64,000 nucleotides of DNA from contig CAWJSJ010000005.1 of assembly GCA_963845565.1 (NCBI GenBank), forward strand, positions 480,001 to 544,000, in the 5' to 3' direction. Of the stretch, positions 18,148 to 27,866 are shown piece after piece. A program made the translations under genes and the position numbers. This DNA comes from an uncultured Methylomirabilota bacterium (GTDB taxonomy: Bacteria; Methylomirabilota; Methylomirabilia; Methylomirabilales; 2-02-FULL-66-22). The number at the start of each line of letters is the position of its first letter. Within the stretch, counting starts at the first letter, position 1. Below the pieces are notes generated by a model. The model did not search any database and had not been told where the DNA came from. It saw only the letters and a list, made by a program, of their open reading frames with translations.

Positions 18148-19536
18148 ATGGAACTGGACGGCACGATGAAGCAGGCAGTGGTCGGCTGGGACCTGAGCCG
18201 AGTCGTCTTCCGGGATCTGGAGCGGGATTACCCGGTCGTGGAGCGCGGGGAGGGAATCTACCTCTACGACACCAAGGGGCGGAAGTACATCGACGGCTCG
18301 GGCGGATCGTCCGTGGTGACCTCCATCGGCCACGGGAACAAGCGGGTGGCCGCGGTCATGGCCAAGCAGGCGGAGACGATCGCCTTCAGCCCCGCCCACT
18401 GCTTTGCCAACAAGCCGCATGTCGAGCTCTGCCAGCGTATCGCCGAGATTGCTCCACCGGAGATGAAACAGACCTTCCTCCTCTCGGGCGGCTCCGAGGC
18501 CACCGAGAACGCCGTGAAGTTTGCCCGGCAGTACGAATTCGTGCGGAACAACCGGGGGAAATGCACGGTCGTCGGCCGCTGGCAGGGGTTCCACGGCAAC
18601 ACCTTCGGGGCCATGACGGTGAGCGGGATCACCTATCGCCGCAACATCTACGGGCCGATGCTGGGCCACTCGGTGAAGATCCCGCCCTGCTACTGTTACC
18701 GGTGCGACTGGGGGCTGACGTACGGGAAGTGCAACCTGGAATGCGCCCGCGCCCTGCGGAAAGCCATCCGCCAGGAAGGCCCCGAGAACGTCCTGGCCTT
18801 CATCGCCGAGCCGGTCGTCGGCGCGGCACTGGGCGCCGTCCCGGCGGTGCCGGAGTACTTCCCGCTGGTCCGGCAGATCTGCGACGAGCAGGACGTGCTC
18901 TTCATCGCCGACGAGGTGATGACCGGCTTCGGCCGGACCGGCGCCAAGTTCGGCGTGGATCACTGGAAGGTGATCCCGGATATCATCGCGACGGCCAAGG
19001 GGATCTCGGGTGGGTACACCCCACTGGCGGCGGTGATCCTGCGGGACAAGATCATGGACCTGCTCCGGGAGAAGCACGCCAGCTTCCGGGGCGGCCACAC
19101 CTACTGCGCCAATCCGCTCTCGGCGCGCGTCGGCATGGAGGTCCTGGACATCATCAAGGAGCAGGATCTGATCGAGAATGTTCGCCGGATGGGGTTACGG
19201 CTCCTCGCGGGATTACAGCGGCTCCTGGCCCATCCGACGGTCGGAGACGTGCGGGGCAAGGGGCTGATGGCGGGGGTGGAGTTCGTCCGGAACAAGCAGA
19301 CGAAGGAGCCCTTCCCGGCGGAGTACCTGTTCGGGAAGCGCCTCTTCGAAGAGGCGTTCGCCCGGGGCCTGGTGGTGTTCCCCGCCAGCGGCACGGTGGA
19401 TGGCGTGGCCGGGAATCACATCCTGCTGGCGCCGCCGTTCATCATCACGGAAAGCCAGGTGGACGACCTCGTTGCCATTTTGGACGAGGCCATCGGCGCG
19501 GTGGAGAAGGCTCTCCCCGCCGAGTTGCGGGGGTAG
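18148..19536 (+). CDS. Class-III PLP aminotransferase 1
   Basis: SGGSEA, FHGNT, FIADEVMTGFGRTG, DIIATAKG (catalytic Lys). Confidence 0.93.
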   Translation: MELDGTMKQAVVGWDLSRVVFRDLERDYPVVERGEGIYLYDTKGRKYIDGSGGSSVVTSIGHGNKRVAAVMAKQAETIAFSPAHCFANKPHVELCQRIAEIAPPEMKQTFLLSGGSEATENAVKFARQYEFVRNNRGKCTVVGRWQGFHGNTFGAMTVSGITYRRNIYGPMLGHSVKIPPCYCYRCDWGLTYGKCNLECARALRKAIRQEGPENVLAFIAEPVVGAALGAVPAVPEYFPLVRQICDEQDVLFIADEVMTGFGRTGAKFGVDHWKVIPDIIATAKGISGGYTPLAAVILRDKIMDLLREKHASFRGGHTYCANPLSARVGMEVLDIIKEQDLIENVRRMGLRLLAGLQRLLAHPTVGDVRGKGLMAGVEFVRNKQTKEPFPAEYLFGKRLFEEAFARGLVVFPASGTVDGVAGNHILLAPPFIITESQVDDLVAILDEAIGAVEKALPAELRG

Positions 19537-19547
19537 GAGACGAAGAG

Positions 19548-19631
19548 CGTTCGGCTGTTCGACAGTTCGGCGGTTCGGCCGCACCAGAACTATCGAACCG
19601 TCGAACCGTCGAACCGTCGAACAGCCGAACG
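19548..19631. repeat. Inverted array of 8-bp units (GTTCGRCN x4 / CGAACNGT x5) forming a long imperfect hairpin
   Basis: CGTTCGGCTGTTCGAC at left is the exact reverse complement of GTCGAACAGCCGAACG at right. Confidence 0.85.
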
Positions 19632-19651
19632 TCGTTAGGAGGGTCACGGAC

Positions 19652-20986
19652 ATGGGCGCACAAGTCTTACGGGATTTCAAGAAGGCATACCCGGTCATCG
19701 TCCGGGGCAAGGGCGCGTTCCTGTACGACCGGGCCGGGCGCGAGTATCTCGATGCCGTGGGGGGCATCTCAGTCGTCAACGTCGGCCACGGGGTCCCCGA
19801 GATCGTCGCGGCCATGCGGGAGCAGGCCGACAAGGTAGCCTTCGTCCATGGCGGCTCCTTCGCCAACGAAGCGGCGATGGCGCTCTGTGAAGAACTGGCC
19901 ACCTGGGCGCCGAATGGGATGGGGCACATCCTCTTGCTGTCCGGCGGCTCCGAGGCGACCGAGACCGCCATGAAGTTGGCACACCAGTACCACCTGGAGC
20001 GCGGCAAGGAGGGGAAGTATCGGATCATCTCCCGCTGGATCAGTTATCATGGAAACACCATCGGGGCGTTGTCCATGTCGGGCCGCACGGCCTGGCGGCG
20101 GGAGTTCACGCCGTATCTTCAGAACTTTCCGAAGATTCATCCGCCCTATTGCTACCGGTGTCCGTACGGGAAGAGCTATCCGGGCTGCGGCATCGCCTGC
20201 GCCGAGGACCTGGAGCGGGTGATCACCCTGGAAGGCGCCGAGGGGATCGCCGCCTTCATCGCCGAGCCGGTGATCGGCACCTCGGCGGCGGGTGTCACGC
20301 CGCCCCCCGAGTACTATCCGCGCATCCGCGAGATCTGCGACAAGCACGATATCCTCTTCATTGCCGACGAGGTGATCACGGGAGTGGGGCGGACCGGGAA
20401 GAACTTCGCCATCGAGCACTGGGGCGTGGTCCCGGACATGATCACGACGGCGAAGGCTCTGAGCAGCGGGTACGCACCGTTAGCCGCGGTGATCCTGCAC
20501 GACAAGGTGTATAATGCGATCGCGCAGGGGTCCGGCCACATGACGCAAGGGTTCACGTACTCCGGCCATCCGCTGTGCTCGGCGGTGGGGCTGGCGGTCC
20601 TCAAATACCTCAAGGCGCACAACCTGGTCGAGAACGCCGCCCGGATCGGCCGCCTCCTTCTCGGCCGTCTCGAGACGCTCAAGCGGTTTCCCATCGTGGG
20701 CGATGTGCGAGGGACCGGTTTGATCTTGGGGGTAGAGTTTGTCGCCGACCAGGCCACCAAGCGACCCTTCCCGCCGTCGGCGGGCGTGACGCGAAAGATC
20801 GTCGAAGCCGCCCTGGCGGCGGGCGTGATGGTGGTGCCGGGCATGGGTGGCATGATCGACGGAGTGGCGGGGGATCACATCCAGATCAGCCCGCCCTACA
20901 TCTTCAGCGAGGCCAACGTGGAGCAACTCGTGAAGGCGCTGGAGGCGGCGATCCAGAAGGTGATGCAAGAGGTTCCCGTTCGTTAG
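19652..20986 (+). CDS. Class-III PLP aminotransferase 2
   Basis: SGGSEA, SYHGNT, FIADEVITGVGRTG, DMITTAKA. Confidence 0.93.
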   Translation: MGAQVLRDFKKAYPVIVRGKGAFLYDRAGREYLDAVGGISVVNVGHGVPEIVAAMREQADKVAFVHGGSFANEAAMALCEELATWAPNGMGHILLLSGGSEATETAMKLAHQYHLERGKEGKYRIISRWISYHGNTIGALSMSGRTAWRREFTPYLQNFPKIHPPYCYRCPYGKSYPGCGIACAEDLERVITLEGAEGIAAFIAEPVIGTSAAGVTPPPEYYPRIREICDKHDILFIADEVITGVGRTGKNFAIEHWGVVPDMITTAKALSSGYAPLAAVILHDKVYNAIAQGSGHMTQGFTYSGHPLCSAVGLAVLKYLKAHNLVENAARIGRLLLGRLETLKRFPIVGDVRGTGLILGVEFVADQATKRPFPPSAGVTRKIVEAALAAGVMVVPGMGGMIDGVAGDHIQISPPYIFSEANVEQLVKALEAAIQKVMQEVPVR

Positions 20987-21019
20987 GAGCCGTTACGAAA
21001 TTCTGTGACAACGGCTTAG
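20983..21019 (+). repeat. Dispersed repeat copy D, internally deleted (outer ends only)
   Basis: TTAG-GAGCCGTTACGAAA-TTCTGTGACAACGGC-TTAG; overlaps the stop TAG of aminotransferase 2. Confidence 0.88.
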
Positions 21020-21036
21020 CCAAGGAGGGAAAGGAC

Positions 21037-22392
21037 ATGACTGCTCAGGGTGACGCTCGCTTTGCCGGCGAGGACTACCTTCGCCACATTATGCTGGACT
21101 ACCGGCAGATGACGGAGTTCGTGAAGGAGCCGTTCCTGGTGGCGCGGGCCGACGGGATTCGCTTCTGGGATGTCTACGGCAAGGAGTACCTGGACGGCCT
21201 CGCCGGGATCTTCACCGTCAACGTCGGCTACAACAATCCCCGGGTGCTGCAGGCCGTGATCGATCAGCTCCGGACGCTCCCGTTCAACCCGCCCATGCAC
21301 GGGACGAACCCGCGCGCCGTCGAGCTGGCGAATCTGCTCGCGGAGATCACGCCCGGGGACCTCAACACCGCGCGGCTGGTCGACAGCGGCTCCGAGGCGA
21401 ACGAGGCCGCGTTCAAGCTGGTCCGCCAGTACCATCGCCAGACGGGGAACCCGGGGAAATTCAAGATCCTGTCGCGCTACCTCTCCTACCACGGCGCCAC
21501 CGCCGCCACGATGAGCGCCGGGGGGGTCGGCTACCGGAAGACGATGTACGAACCCGCGGCGATCGGGCATCTTCACACCTACCCCCCGTACTGTTATCGG
21601 TGCCCCTACGAGAAGACCTATCCGGCCTGCGACGTCTTTTGCGCCCGGACCCTTCGGCAGATGATCGAGTGGGAGGACCCGCGCTCGATCGCCGCCATCA
21701 TCGTCGAGCCGATCAGCAACACCGGCGGGATCATCACGCCGCCGCCGGAGTACCTGCCGACCCTCCGGCAGCTGTGCGATGAGTTCAACATCCTCCTCAT
21801 CTTTGACGAGGTCATCACGGGGTTTGGCCGGACCGGGAGCCTCTTCGCGGCGAATACCTTCGGCGTTACCCCGGACATCCTCTGCTGCGGGAAGGGGATG
21901 AGCAGCGGCTACGCCCCGCTTGCCGCCGCCATGGTCTCCGACAAGGTGGCGCAGACCTTCTGGGGGGCGCCCGGGACCGAGTTCGCCCACGGCCACACCT
22001 ACGCCGGGAATCCGGTAGCCGCCGCCGCCGGTCTGGCCAGCATCCGGGAGATCCTGGAGCGCCGCCTCCCCGACAACGCGCGGCGGGTGGGGGCGCACCT
22101 CGTCCAGCGGCTGGAGGGGCTGCGGGCGTTCGGGATCGTCGGCGAGATCCGGGGCAAGGGGTTGATGATCGGCATGGAACTGGTGAAGGATCCGGCGACC
22201 AAGCAACCGTTCCCGCCCGAGACGAAGATCGGCGTCCGCATCGGCAAGCAGGCCCTGCAAAACGGGCTCCTGCTGCGCTTCGACCCGCACTGGATCGCCT
22301 TCGGGCCGCCGCTGGTGGCCAGCGAGACCGATGTGGATCAGATGGTCGACATCCTCGAATTGAGCATGCGCGAGGTGCTGCGGGAGATCTGA
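21037..22392 (+). CDS. Class-III PLP aminotransferase 3
   Basis: SGSEANE, SYHG, IFDEVITGFGRTG, DILCCGKG, HGHTY. Confidence 0.93.
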   Translation: MTAQGDARFAGEDYLRHIMLDYRQMTEFVKEPFLVARADGIRFWDVYGKEYLDGLAGIFTVNVGYNNPRVLQAVIDQLRTLPFNPPMHGTNPRAVELANLLAEITPGDLNTARLVDSGSEANEAAFKLVRQYHRQTGNPGKFKILSRYLSYHGATAATMSAGGVGYRKTMYEPAAIGHLHTYPPYCYRCPYEKTYPACDVFCARTLRQMIEWEDPRSIAAIIVEPISNTGGIITPPPEYLPTLRQLCDEFNILLIFDEVITGFGRTGSLFAANTFGVTPDILCCGKGMSSGYAPLAAAMVSDKVAQTFWGAPGTEFAHGHTYAGNPVAAAAGLASIREILERRLPDNARRVGAHLVQRLEGLRAFGIVGEIRGKGLMIGMELVKDPATKQPFPPETKIGVRIGKQALQNGLLLRFDPHWIAFGPPLVASETDVDQMVDILELSMREVLREI

Positions 22393-22610
22393 CGTCAATC
22401 GTCGGAGGGACGAGCGGTGGAACCCTCAGAGGCGTGGCGATTGTCGATGTCACAGTCGTGGCGGTAGACTCCGTCCACGATGTTCTGCCAGTTGTCAGTT
22501 GAGCATACCCCGAAAAGGACTCCGGCGATTTCGGGACCATACTTCCCGATTAGCTCATGCCCCTATCCCGTGAGGCTCTATGTACGCGTTTCGCAGACTC
22601 GTGGACGTAC

Positions 22611-24785
22611 ATGAGAACCTTTGAGAATCGGGATTGGCTCATTGCACTTCTTCTGATCGTTTCCCTGGCATTTATCGGATACGGTTTCCTCCTGAAGCCG
22701 GGCAGCGTCCCGTATTCGCCGCACTCCGATATCGTCTCCTATCACCTCGCAGCCAAAGAGGTTCTCTTCCGCTCCGTCCAGTCCGGTCAGGGGTTACCTT
22801 TTTGGCGAGCGGATCAGCTGTCGGGCGGACCTGCGTTTACGAGTCCAAACGCGCTCTACACCCATCCACTGCACGGCCTCTTCTATCTATTTCCTCCGGC
22901 CGCGGTCATGGGTTGGACGATCTGGCTCCACCTCGTCGCGGGGGCGTGCGTCTTCTACTGGGTCGGCCAGTCCCTGGGTCTCAGCCGGTGGCCTCGGTTG
23001 TTGATGGCCGTCGCCGCCCTCTTCAATTTCAAGGTGCTCATGGCTGTGTACGCCGGCTGGCTGAGCTTTCTGCCGAGCCTCACATTCTTTCCGCTCCTAT
23101 TCGCCATGGTCTTCCGACTCGTGAAATGTCCCACACCGCGGAGCGCGCTCGCCTTGGCGGCAGTTGGCGGGCTGTGCCTGCACGGTGGGCATATCCAACT
23201 CGTGTATTACTCAGGGCTATTCCTCGTCGCCTACGCGCTTGTCGCGCTTGGACACTTGTGGCGTGCGGGGCGCTACCCAGAGATGCGGCGGACCGCCGGA
23301 TGGCTCACGGCGAGCGGTGTATTGGCAATCGGAATGGCCGCATACCTCTTGGTGCCCTTGGTGGCCGAGATGCCGCTCGTCTCCCGCGGTCTTGCCTCCA
23401 CAGAGTTCTTTTTTTCCTTTCATTCCCTGGGCTGGCGCGACCTGCAAACCTTCGTCTATCCCGAGGCACTCGGGAGCGTGCTGGATGGAAGCTATCCCAG
23501 AATCGAGTTCTGGGAGGATGTGGCCTATTTCGGGCTGCTCCCTCTTCTGCTAGCGGTTCTTGGGGGGATTCTCGGATGGCGACGTTCTCCGACGCGCTTT
23601 CTTGTGGTGAGTCTTGCGGTGTCGGTGCTCATCGCCCTGGATACACCGGTCGTGCGTTTTCTGTACGAGTTCTTCCCGGGGTTCCGGACGTTTCGCTTGC
23701 CCGGCCGAATGCTCTTCCTGACGGCCTGCTTTGGCATCGCGTTGGCCGGCATCGGGCTTGAGGAACTCCTCGCCAGGCTCCGGCGGGAGACGGGACGACC
23801 TTGGCGATCAGCGCTGCCTGCCGTGGCCCTGATTCTGGTGATCGCCGGCGAGGGAATGTTCTACGCGTATCGATACCTCGATACGATTCCCCAGGCGGAC
23901 GCGGCGCCTGCCACAGACTACGGCCGGTTCCTTGCCTCGGACCCCACCCTATTTCGCGTTGCACCCGTGGGTCCGTATGCGATGACCTATGGTTGGGCCG
24001 CGACACAGGGACTCCAATTGATCTCCGGTTATGAGCCTTTTAACCTTCGACACTACCAAAAGTACTTCCTGCTGATGCAACTGGGGGGTAGTCGCGTGTT
24101 AGGAGCGGCGACCTGGACCGATTTCCTTCGGGTAGAGAGGTGGGACCTCTTTGACACTCTCAATGTGAAGTATATCTTGGCCCGGAAACCCCAGGAGCTT
24201 CCGTCGGACCGCTTCGAGGTCGTGGCGCAGTATCAGAACCAGCCGTTGTTCGTCCTCAATTGGGGAATGCACCGAGACAGTGTGATCATCTACCGTAACA
24301 AGAGGCCCCAGCCCAGGATCTTCTGGGTCAAGCGGATAGTGGCCGCTGAGGGCGACGACGAGGCGATTGCTGCCATCCAGCGCCATGACCTCCGGGACGT
24401 CGCGGTTGTGCAGAAGGCCGAATGGACTGACGAGGAGATTCTCGACTCGCCAGACGACCGAGCAACGGTGATCCGGGCCTCCGATGGCACACTCGAAGTG
24501 GAGACCCAAAACCAAAGGGATCGCTATCTCGTGATCAGTGAGGTGTGGCACCCGGGATGGCGTGCCACCCTGGATGGGCGAACCCTTCCCCTGCACCGTG
24601 CCGATCTGGCCTTGATGGGGGCGTGGATTCCTGCGGGAAGGCATCGGCTCGTCCTCATGTTCCGACCACTGTACTGGCGTATCGCCCTCGGCATCAGCCT
24701 GTGTTGCGGAGCCGTCTTTCTGATCTGGGTCGCGATCCATCTCTTCCGATCCCGGAGGCCGGCGCCGGACGCCCAGCCGGGCTAG
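22611..24785 (+). CDS. YfhO-family polytopic membrane protein (putative GT-C glycosyltransferase)
   Basis: N-terminal D then LPFW...LSGGP, many TMs, FRLPGR, C-terminal SEVWHPGWRATLDG and PAGRH. Confidence 0.8.
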   Translation: MRTFENRDWLIALLLIVSLAFIGYGFLLKPGSVPYSPHSDIVSYHLAAKEVLFRSVQSGQGLPFWRADQLSGGPAFTSPNALYTHPLHGLFYLFPPAAVMGWTIWLHLVAGACVFYWVGQSLGLSRWPRLLMAVAALFNFKVLMAVYAGWLSFLPSLTFFPLLFAMVFRLVKCPTPRSALALAAVGGLCLHGGHIQLVYYSGLFLVAYALVALGHLWRAGRYPEMRRTAGWLTASGVLAIGMAAYLLVPLVAEMPLVSRGLASTEFFFSFHSLGWRDLQTFVYPEALGSVLDGSYPRIEFWEDVAYFGLLPLLLAVLGGILGWRRSPTRFLVVSLAVSVLIALDTPVVRFLYEFFPGFRTFRLPGRMLFLTACFGIALAGIGLEELLARLRRETGRPWRSALPAVALILVIAGEGMFYAYRYLDTIPQADAAPATDYGRFLASDPTLFRVAPVGPYAMTYGWAATQGLQLISGYEPFNLRHYQKYFLLMQLGGSRVLGAATWTDFLRVERWDLFDTLNVKYILARKPQELPSDRFEVVAQYQNQPLFVLNWGMHRDSVIIYRNKRPQPRIFWVKRIVAAEGDDEAIAAIQRHDLRDVAVVQKAEWTDEEILDSPDDRATVIRASDGTLEVETQNQRDRYLVISEVWHPGWRATLDGRTLPLHRADLALMGAWIPAGRHRLVLMFRPLYWRIALGISLCCGAVFLIWVAIHLFRSRRPAPDAQPG

Positions 24786-24913
24786 CGATTGCCCACCAGA
24801 AGTTCCTCTTCGGCTGAATTGCCCCCAGGCGTGAAACAGAGGCATTGACCGCACACCAGGCGGAATGTAGAGTGAGATCGCTGTGCACCCCGATGGGGAA
24901 GGCGAGATCGAGG

Positions 24914-26965
24914 ATGACCACGTCACGACTTCTCGGCTTTGTGATTGGCCTTCTGCTGGTCGCCCACTTGGCCCTCCTAGGCTTCTTCGAGATCACGTCT
25001 CTCGACACGTGGTTCCACCTGAAAGAAGGGGAGCTGTACGTTACGACCCACTCCCTCCCCGCTCAGGACCCCTTCGCCTTCACCACACAGGGCCGGGAGT
25101 GGATCAAGTACTCCTGGCTGGCAGATGTCATCTTCTACGTCATCTACGCGGCGGCAGGCTTTCCAGGCCTGATCCTCCTCCGTCTTGGCTTCTTGTTCTT
25201 GATCGCCTTCGTCCTCTATCGCCTTCTGCGGGGGTGCGGCCTCCACCCGCTCGCCGCGGTCCTGCTGGTTTTCGTGGCGAGCCTGGCGCTCCGATTCCGC
25301 CTGTTCATTCGACCGGAACTCCTGAGCTTTCTTTTGCTTCTGATGACCATGGCGATTCTATTACGCTTGCGAACCGGCCCGCGCTGGGCCGCGTATGCTT
25401 TCGTGCCCGTGCAGATCGCCTGGATCAACGTGCACGCCAGTTACGTCTTCGGGATGTTCCTCCCCGGCCTCGTCTTGTTGGCGAACCTGCTTCCGGGGAA
25501 TCGCGTAGCGCCGGGATGGGATCGCCTCCGCCTCGACCGGACGCGAATCCGCCACCTGGCCGCTGCGGTTGTCGGCCTGCCGTTCGCGGCCCTGCTCAAC
25601 CCCCAGGGCTTCTCCATGCTTCTCTTTCCACTGCGACAGAATCTCATGATCCGGTTGTCCGATTTCCCGGAGTGGAAGGGAGTGTGGAGCCTGCCCGAGA
25701 TGGATCCTGTCTGGTGGGAACCGGTCATCATTTTTGCGGTCGTCCTCCTCGCCTTCCTGGCCGTCGGAATCCTCCTCTGGGCCTGGGAGAATCGGTTTGA
25801 CCCGGTGGGTTGGGGCATCGTCCTCTCCATGGGGACCTACGCCATCATGCGGAACCGGGCCGTGCCCTACTTCGTCCTCGCCGTGCTTCCCCTGCTGGCC
25901 CTCGCCGTCGTCCGCGTCGTTCGCCATCTGCCCGACGAGGCCGCCGGCCGGCCGCCCCAGTGGCTCCAGCGGATTGGGGTCATTGCCTGCCTCCTCGTCC
26001 TGACCGCCTCCGTCGTCGATCAGGCCTTCTTCACCCGGCGGTTCCCCATGGGGTTCGGCGTGGCGCCCGCGTTCTTCCCCGAAGAGGCCGCGACTTTCTT
26101 GGAGCGCCATCATCTGGACGGCCGGGTCTTCAACTCCTACAAATTCGGCGCGTACTTGATGTGGCGACGGTGGCCGGCCAATCAGGTGTTCATCGACGGA
26201 CGATACGACGCCGTCCTGTTCGACGAGGCGCTGCTGGAGGAGTACTTCCGGGCGCACCGCGATCCTGCCGCCTTGGACCGCATCGCCGCGAAATACGGAG
26301 TAGAATTATTGGTGCTGGACGCCGATCCGGAGCGCCGCATCGCGTATCTCACGCGCCCCTCCTCCTGGGCGCGCGTGTACTGGGATCCCGTGGCCGAGGT
26401 GTTCGTCCGGCGAAACGAACGGCATTCGGCCTTCATCGCGGCGCACGAGTATGCCCTGACCCGCTCCGAAGAGGATTTGAGTTATCTTGCCGCCTACCGC
26501 GCCGATCCCGAGACCTGGAACCGCGTGCTGGCGGAGTTACGGAGGGCGGTCCAGGACAACCCACGGAACGAGTTGGCGTGGCAGGCGCTGGCGCAGGAAT
26601 ACGGCGCCGCGGGCGCCCCGGCTGCAGAACAGCGGCTGGACGCTCTGAATCACGTGATCGACGTGCTGGTCGGCCATCCGGCCACGGGGAGGCTGCACGC
26701 CGAGCGGGCGGAGGTACTGCTTCAACTCGGAAGGGGCGACGAGGCGAAGGAAGCGGCCCAGCGCGCCCTTCGCCTCGACGGAGACCTGCTTCTCCCCAGG
26801 TGGATCCTCGCCACCGTTGCCGAACAGCGCGGGGCCTGGGCGGAGGCTCAAGATCAACTCACGAGGCTTGTCCCACGTCTGGACCCGAGCGATCCGCAGT
26901 TACCCGTCGTTCGCGGGCGCCTGGAGGTTATCGAGAGACGTCTGCGAGAGAAGGCCGATCGATGA
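24914..26965 (+). CDS. GT-C-like membrane protein with C-terminal TPR
   Basis: DTWFHLKEG...DPFAFT...WL, RPEL, WINVH, FIDGRYD motifs; polytopic; TPR-like helices at C-terminus. Confidence 0.65.
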   Translation: MTTSRLLGFVIGLLLVAHLALLGFFEITSLDTWFHLKEGELYVTTHSLPAQDPFAFTTQGREWIKYSWLADVIFYVIYAAAGFPGLILLRLGFLFLIAFVLYRLLRGCGLHPLAAVLLVFVASLALRFRLFIRPELLSFLLLLMTMAILLRLRTGPRWAAYAFVPVQIAWINVHASYVFGMFLPGLVLLANLLPGNRVAPGWDRLRLDRTRIRHLAAAVVGLPFAALLNPQGFSMLLFPLRQNLMIRLSDFPEWKGVWSLPEMDPVWWEPVIIFAVVLLAFLAVGILLWAWENRFDPVGWGIVLSMGTYAIMRNRAVPYFVLAVLPLLALAVVRVVRHLPDEAAGRPPQWLQRIGVIACLLVLTASVVDQAFFTRRFPMGFGVAPAFFPEEAATFLERHHLDGRVFNSYKFGAYLMWRRWPANQVFIDGRYDAVLFDEALLEEYFRAHRDPAALDRIAAKYGVELLVLDADPERRIAYLTRPSSWARVYWDPVAEVFVRRNERHSAFIAAHEYALTRSEEDLSYLAAYRADPETWNRVLAELRRAVQDNPRNELAWQALAQEYGAAGAPAAEQRLDALNHVIDVLVGHPATGRLHAERAEVLLQLGRGDEAKEAAQRALRLDGDLLLPRWILATVAEQRGAWAEAQDQLTRLVPRLDPSDPQLPVVRGRLEVIERRLREKADR

Positions 26966-27031
26966 CCCGACCGATTGAGGTCGAGTCTTCAGACGGACGC
27001 CCAACCGGGTCGCGATGGGGCGGGTCGAGAA

Positions 27032-27793
27032 TCACCGAAGGAATCCCAGGTACCATGCCACGGCTCGCTCCCCCCAGAACAGGGCCACGGTCGCACCGAA
27101 GGCGAGAAACGGTCCGAAAGGAATGTGCTCGCGCCGCCGCAACCGCCGGAGGCCGATCAGGGCAAGTCCCATCACCGACCCGACGAGACAGCCGACCAGG
27201 ATCGTGACCACAACCCCTCGCCAGCCCAGAAAGGCGCCAACCAGGGCGATGAGATTCAGGTCTCCCTCGCCCATCGCCTCCTGCCCGTAGAGCGCGCTGC
27301 CGAAAAAGAGCACAAGGTAGAGAAAGCCGGCGCCGGCAAGAGTTCCAATGACCCGATCCAGGATGGGCGGGTCGCCCAGCACCACGCCTGCCAGGAGGCC
27401 CAGCGGGATCCCCGGCATGGTGATGACGTTCGGAATGATCTGGTGGTCCAGATCGATAAAGGCGATCACCACCAGGGCGGAGAGAAAAGCCAGCAGAGTG
27501 ATGGCGAGCGGAGTGACGCCATAGCGCGACACGGTCGCGGCAAACAGGATTGCGGTCAAGCACTCCACCAGGGGATACCGCCAGGCGATGGGGCTTCCGC
27601 AGGCACGACAGCGGCCCCGCAAGAGGAGGAAGCTGAGGATCGGAATGTTGTCCCACGGTCGGATAGGGGCTTGGCACGCAGGGCAGTGGGAACCGGGGAA
27701 AACGATGCTCTCTTCCCGGGGGAGCCGGTGGATACACACATTGAGGAAACTACCCACCAGGCTGCCAAAGAGAAAGGCGAAAATGGGTATCAT
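27032..27793 (-). CDS. pilD: Prepilin peptidase/N-methyltransferase PilD
   Basis: GSFLNVCIHRLP, CPAC/CRAC, FIDLDH, MGEGD, IPFGPFL. Confidence 0.95.
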   Translation of the reverse strand: MIPIFAFLFGSLVGSFLNVCIHRLPREESIVFPGSHCPACQAPIRPWDNIPILSFLLLRGRCRACGSPIAWRYPLVECLTAILFAATVSRYGVTPLAITLLAFLSALVVIAFIDLDHQIIPNVITMPGIPLGLLAGVVLGDPPILDRVIGTLAGAGFLYLVLFFGSALYGQEAMGEGDLNLIALVGAFLGWRGVVVTILVGCLVGSVMGLALIGLRRLRRREHIPFGPFLAFGATVALFWGERAVAWYLGFLR

Positions 27794-27866
27794 GAGAAAT
27801 CGTCCCCTGTCTCGAGTGTCCGCCCGGCGCCGGCTGCCGGCTGCTCGGCCGCCGAGGCAGGATCGG

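Noticed and set aside
22393..22610. Possible small ORF or gene remnant before yfhO
   Set aside because: Short reading frames with no RBS or recognisable similarity; cannot be supported
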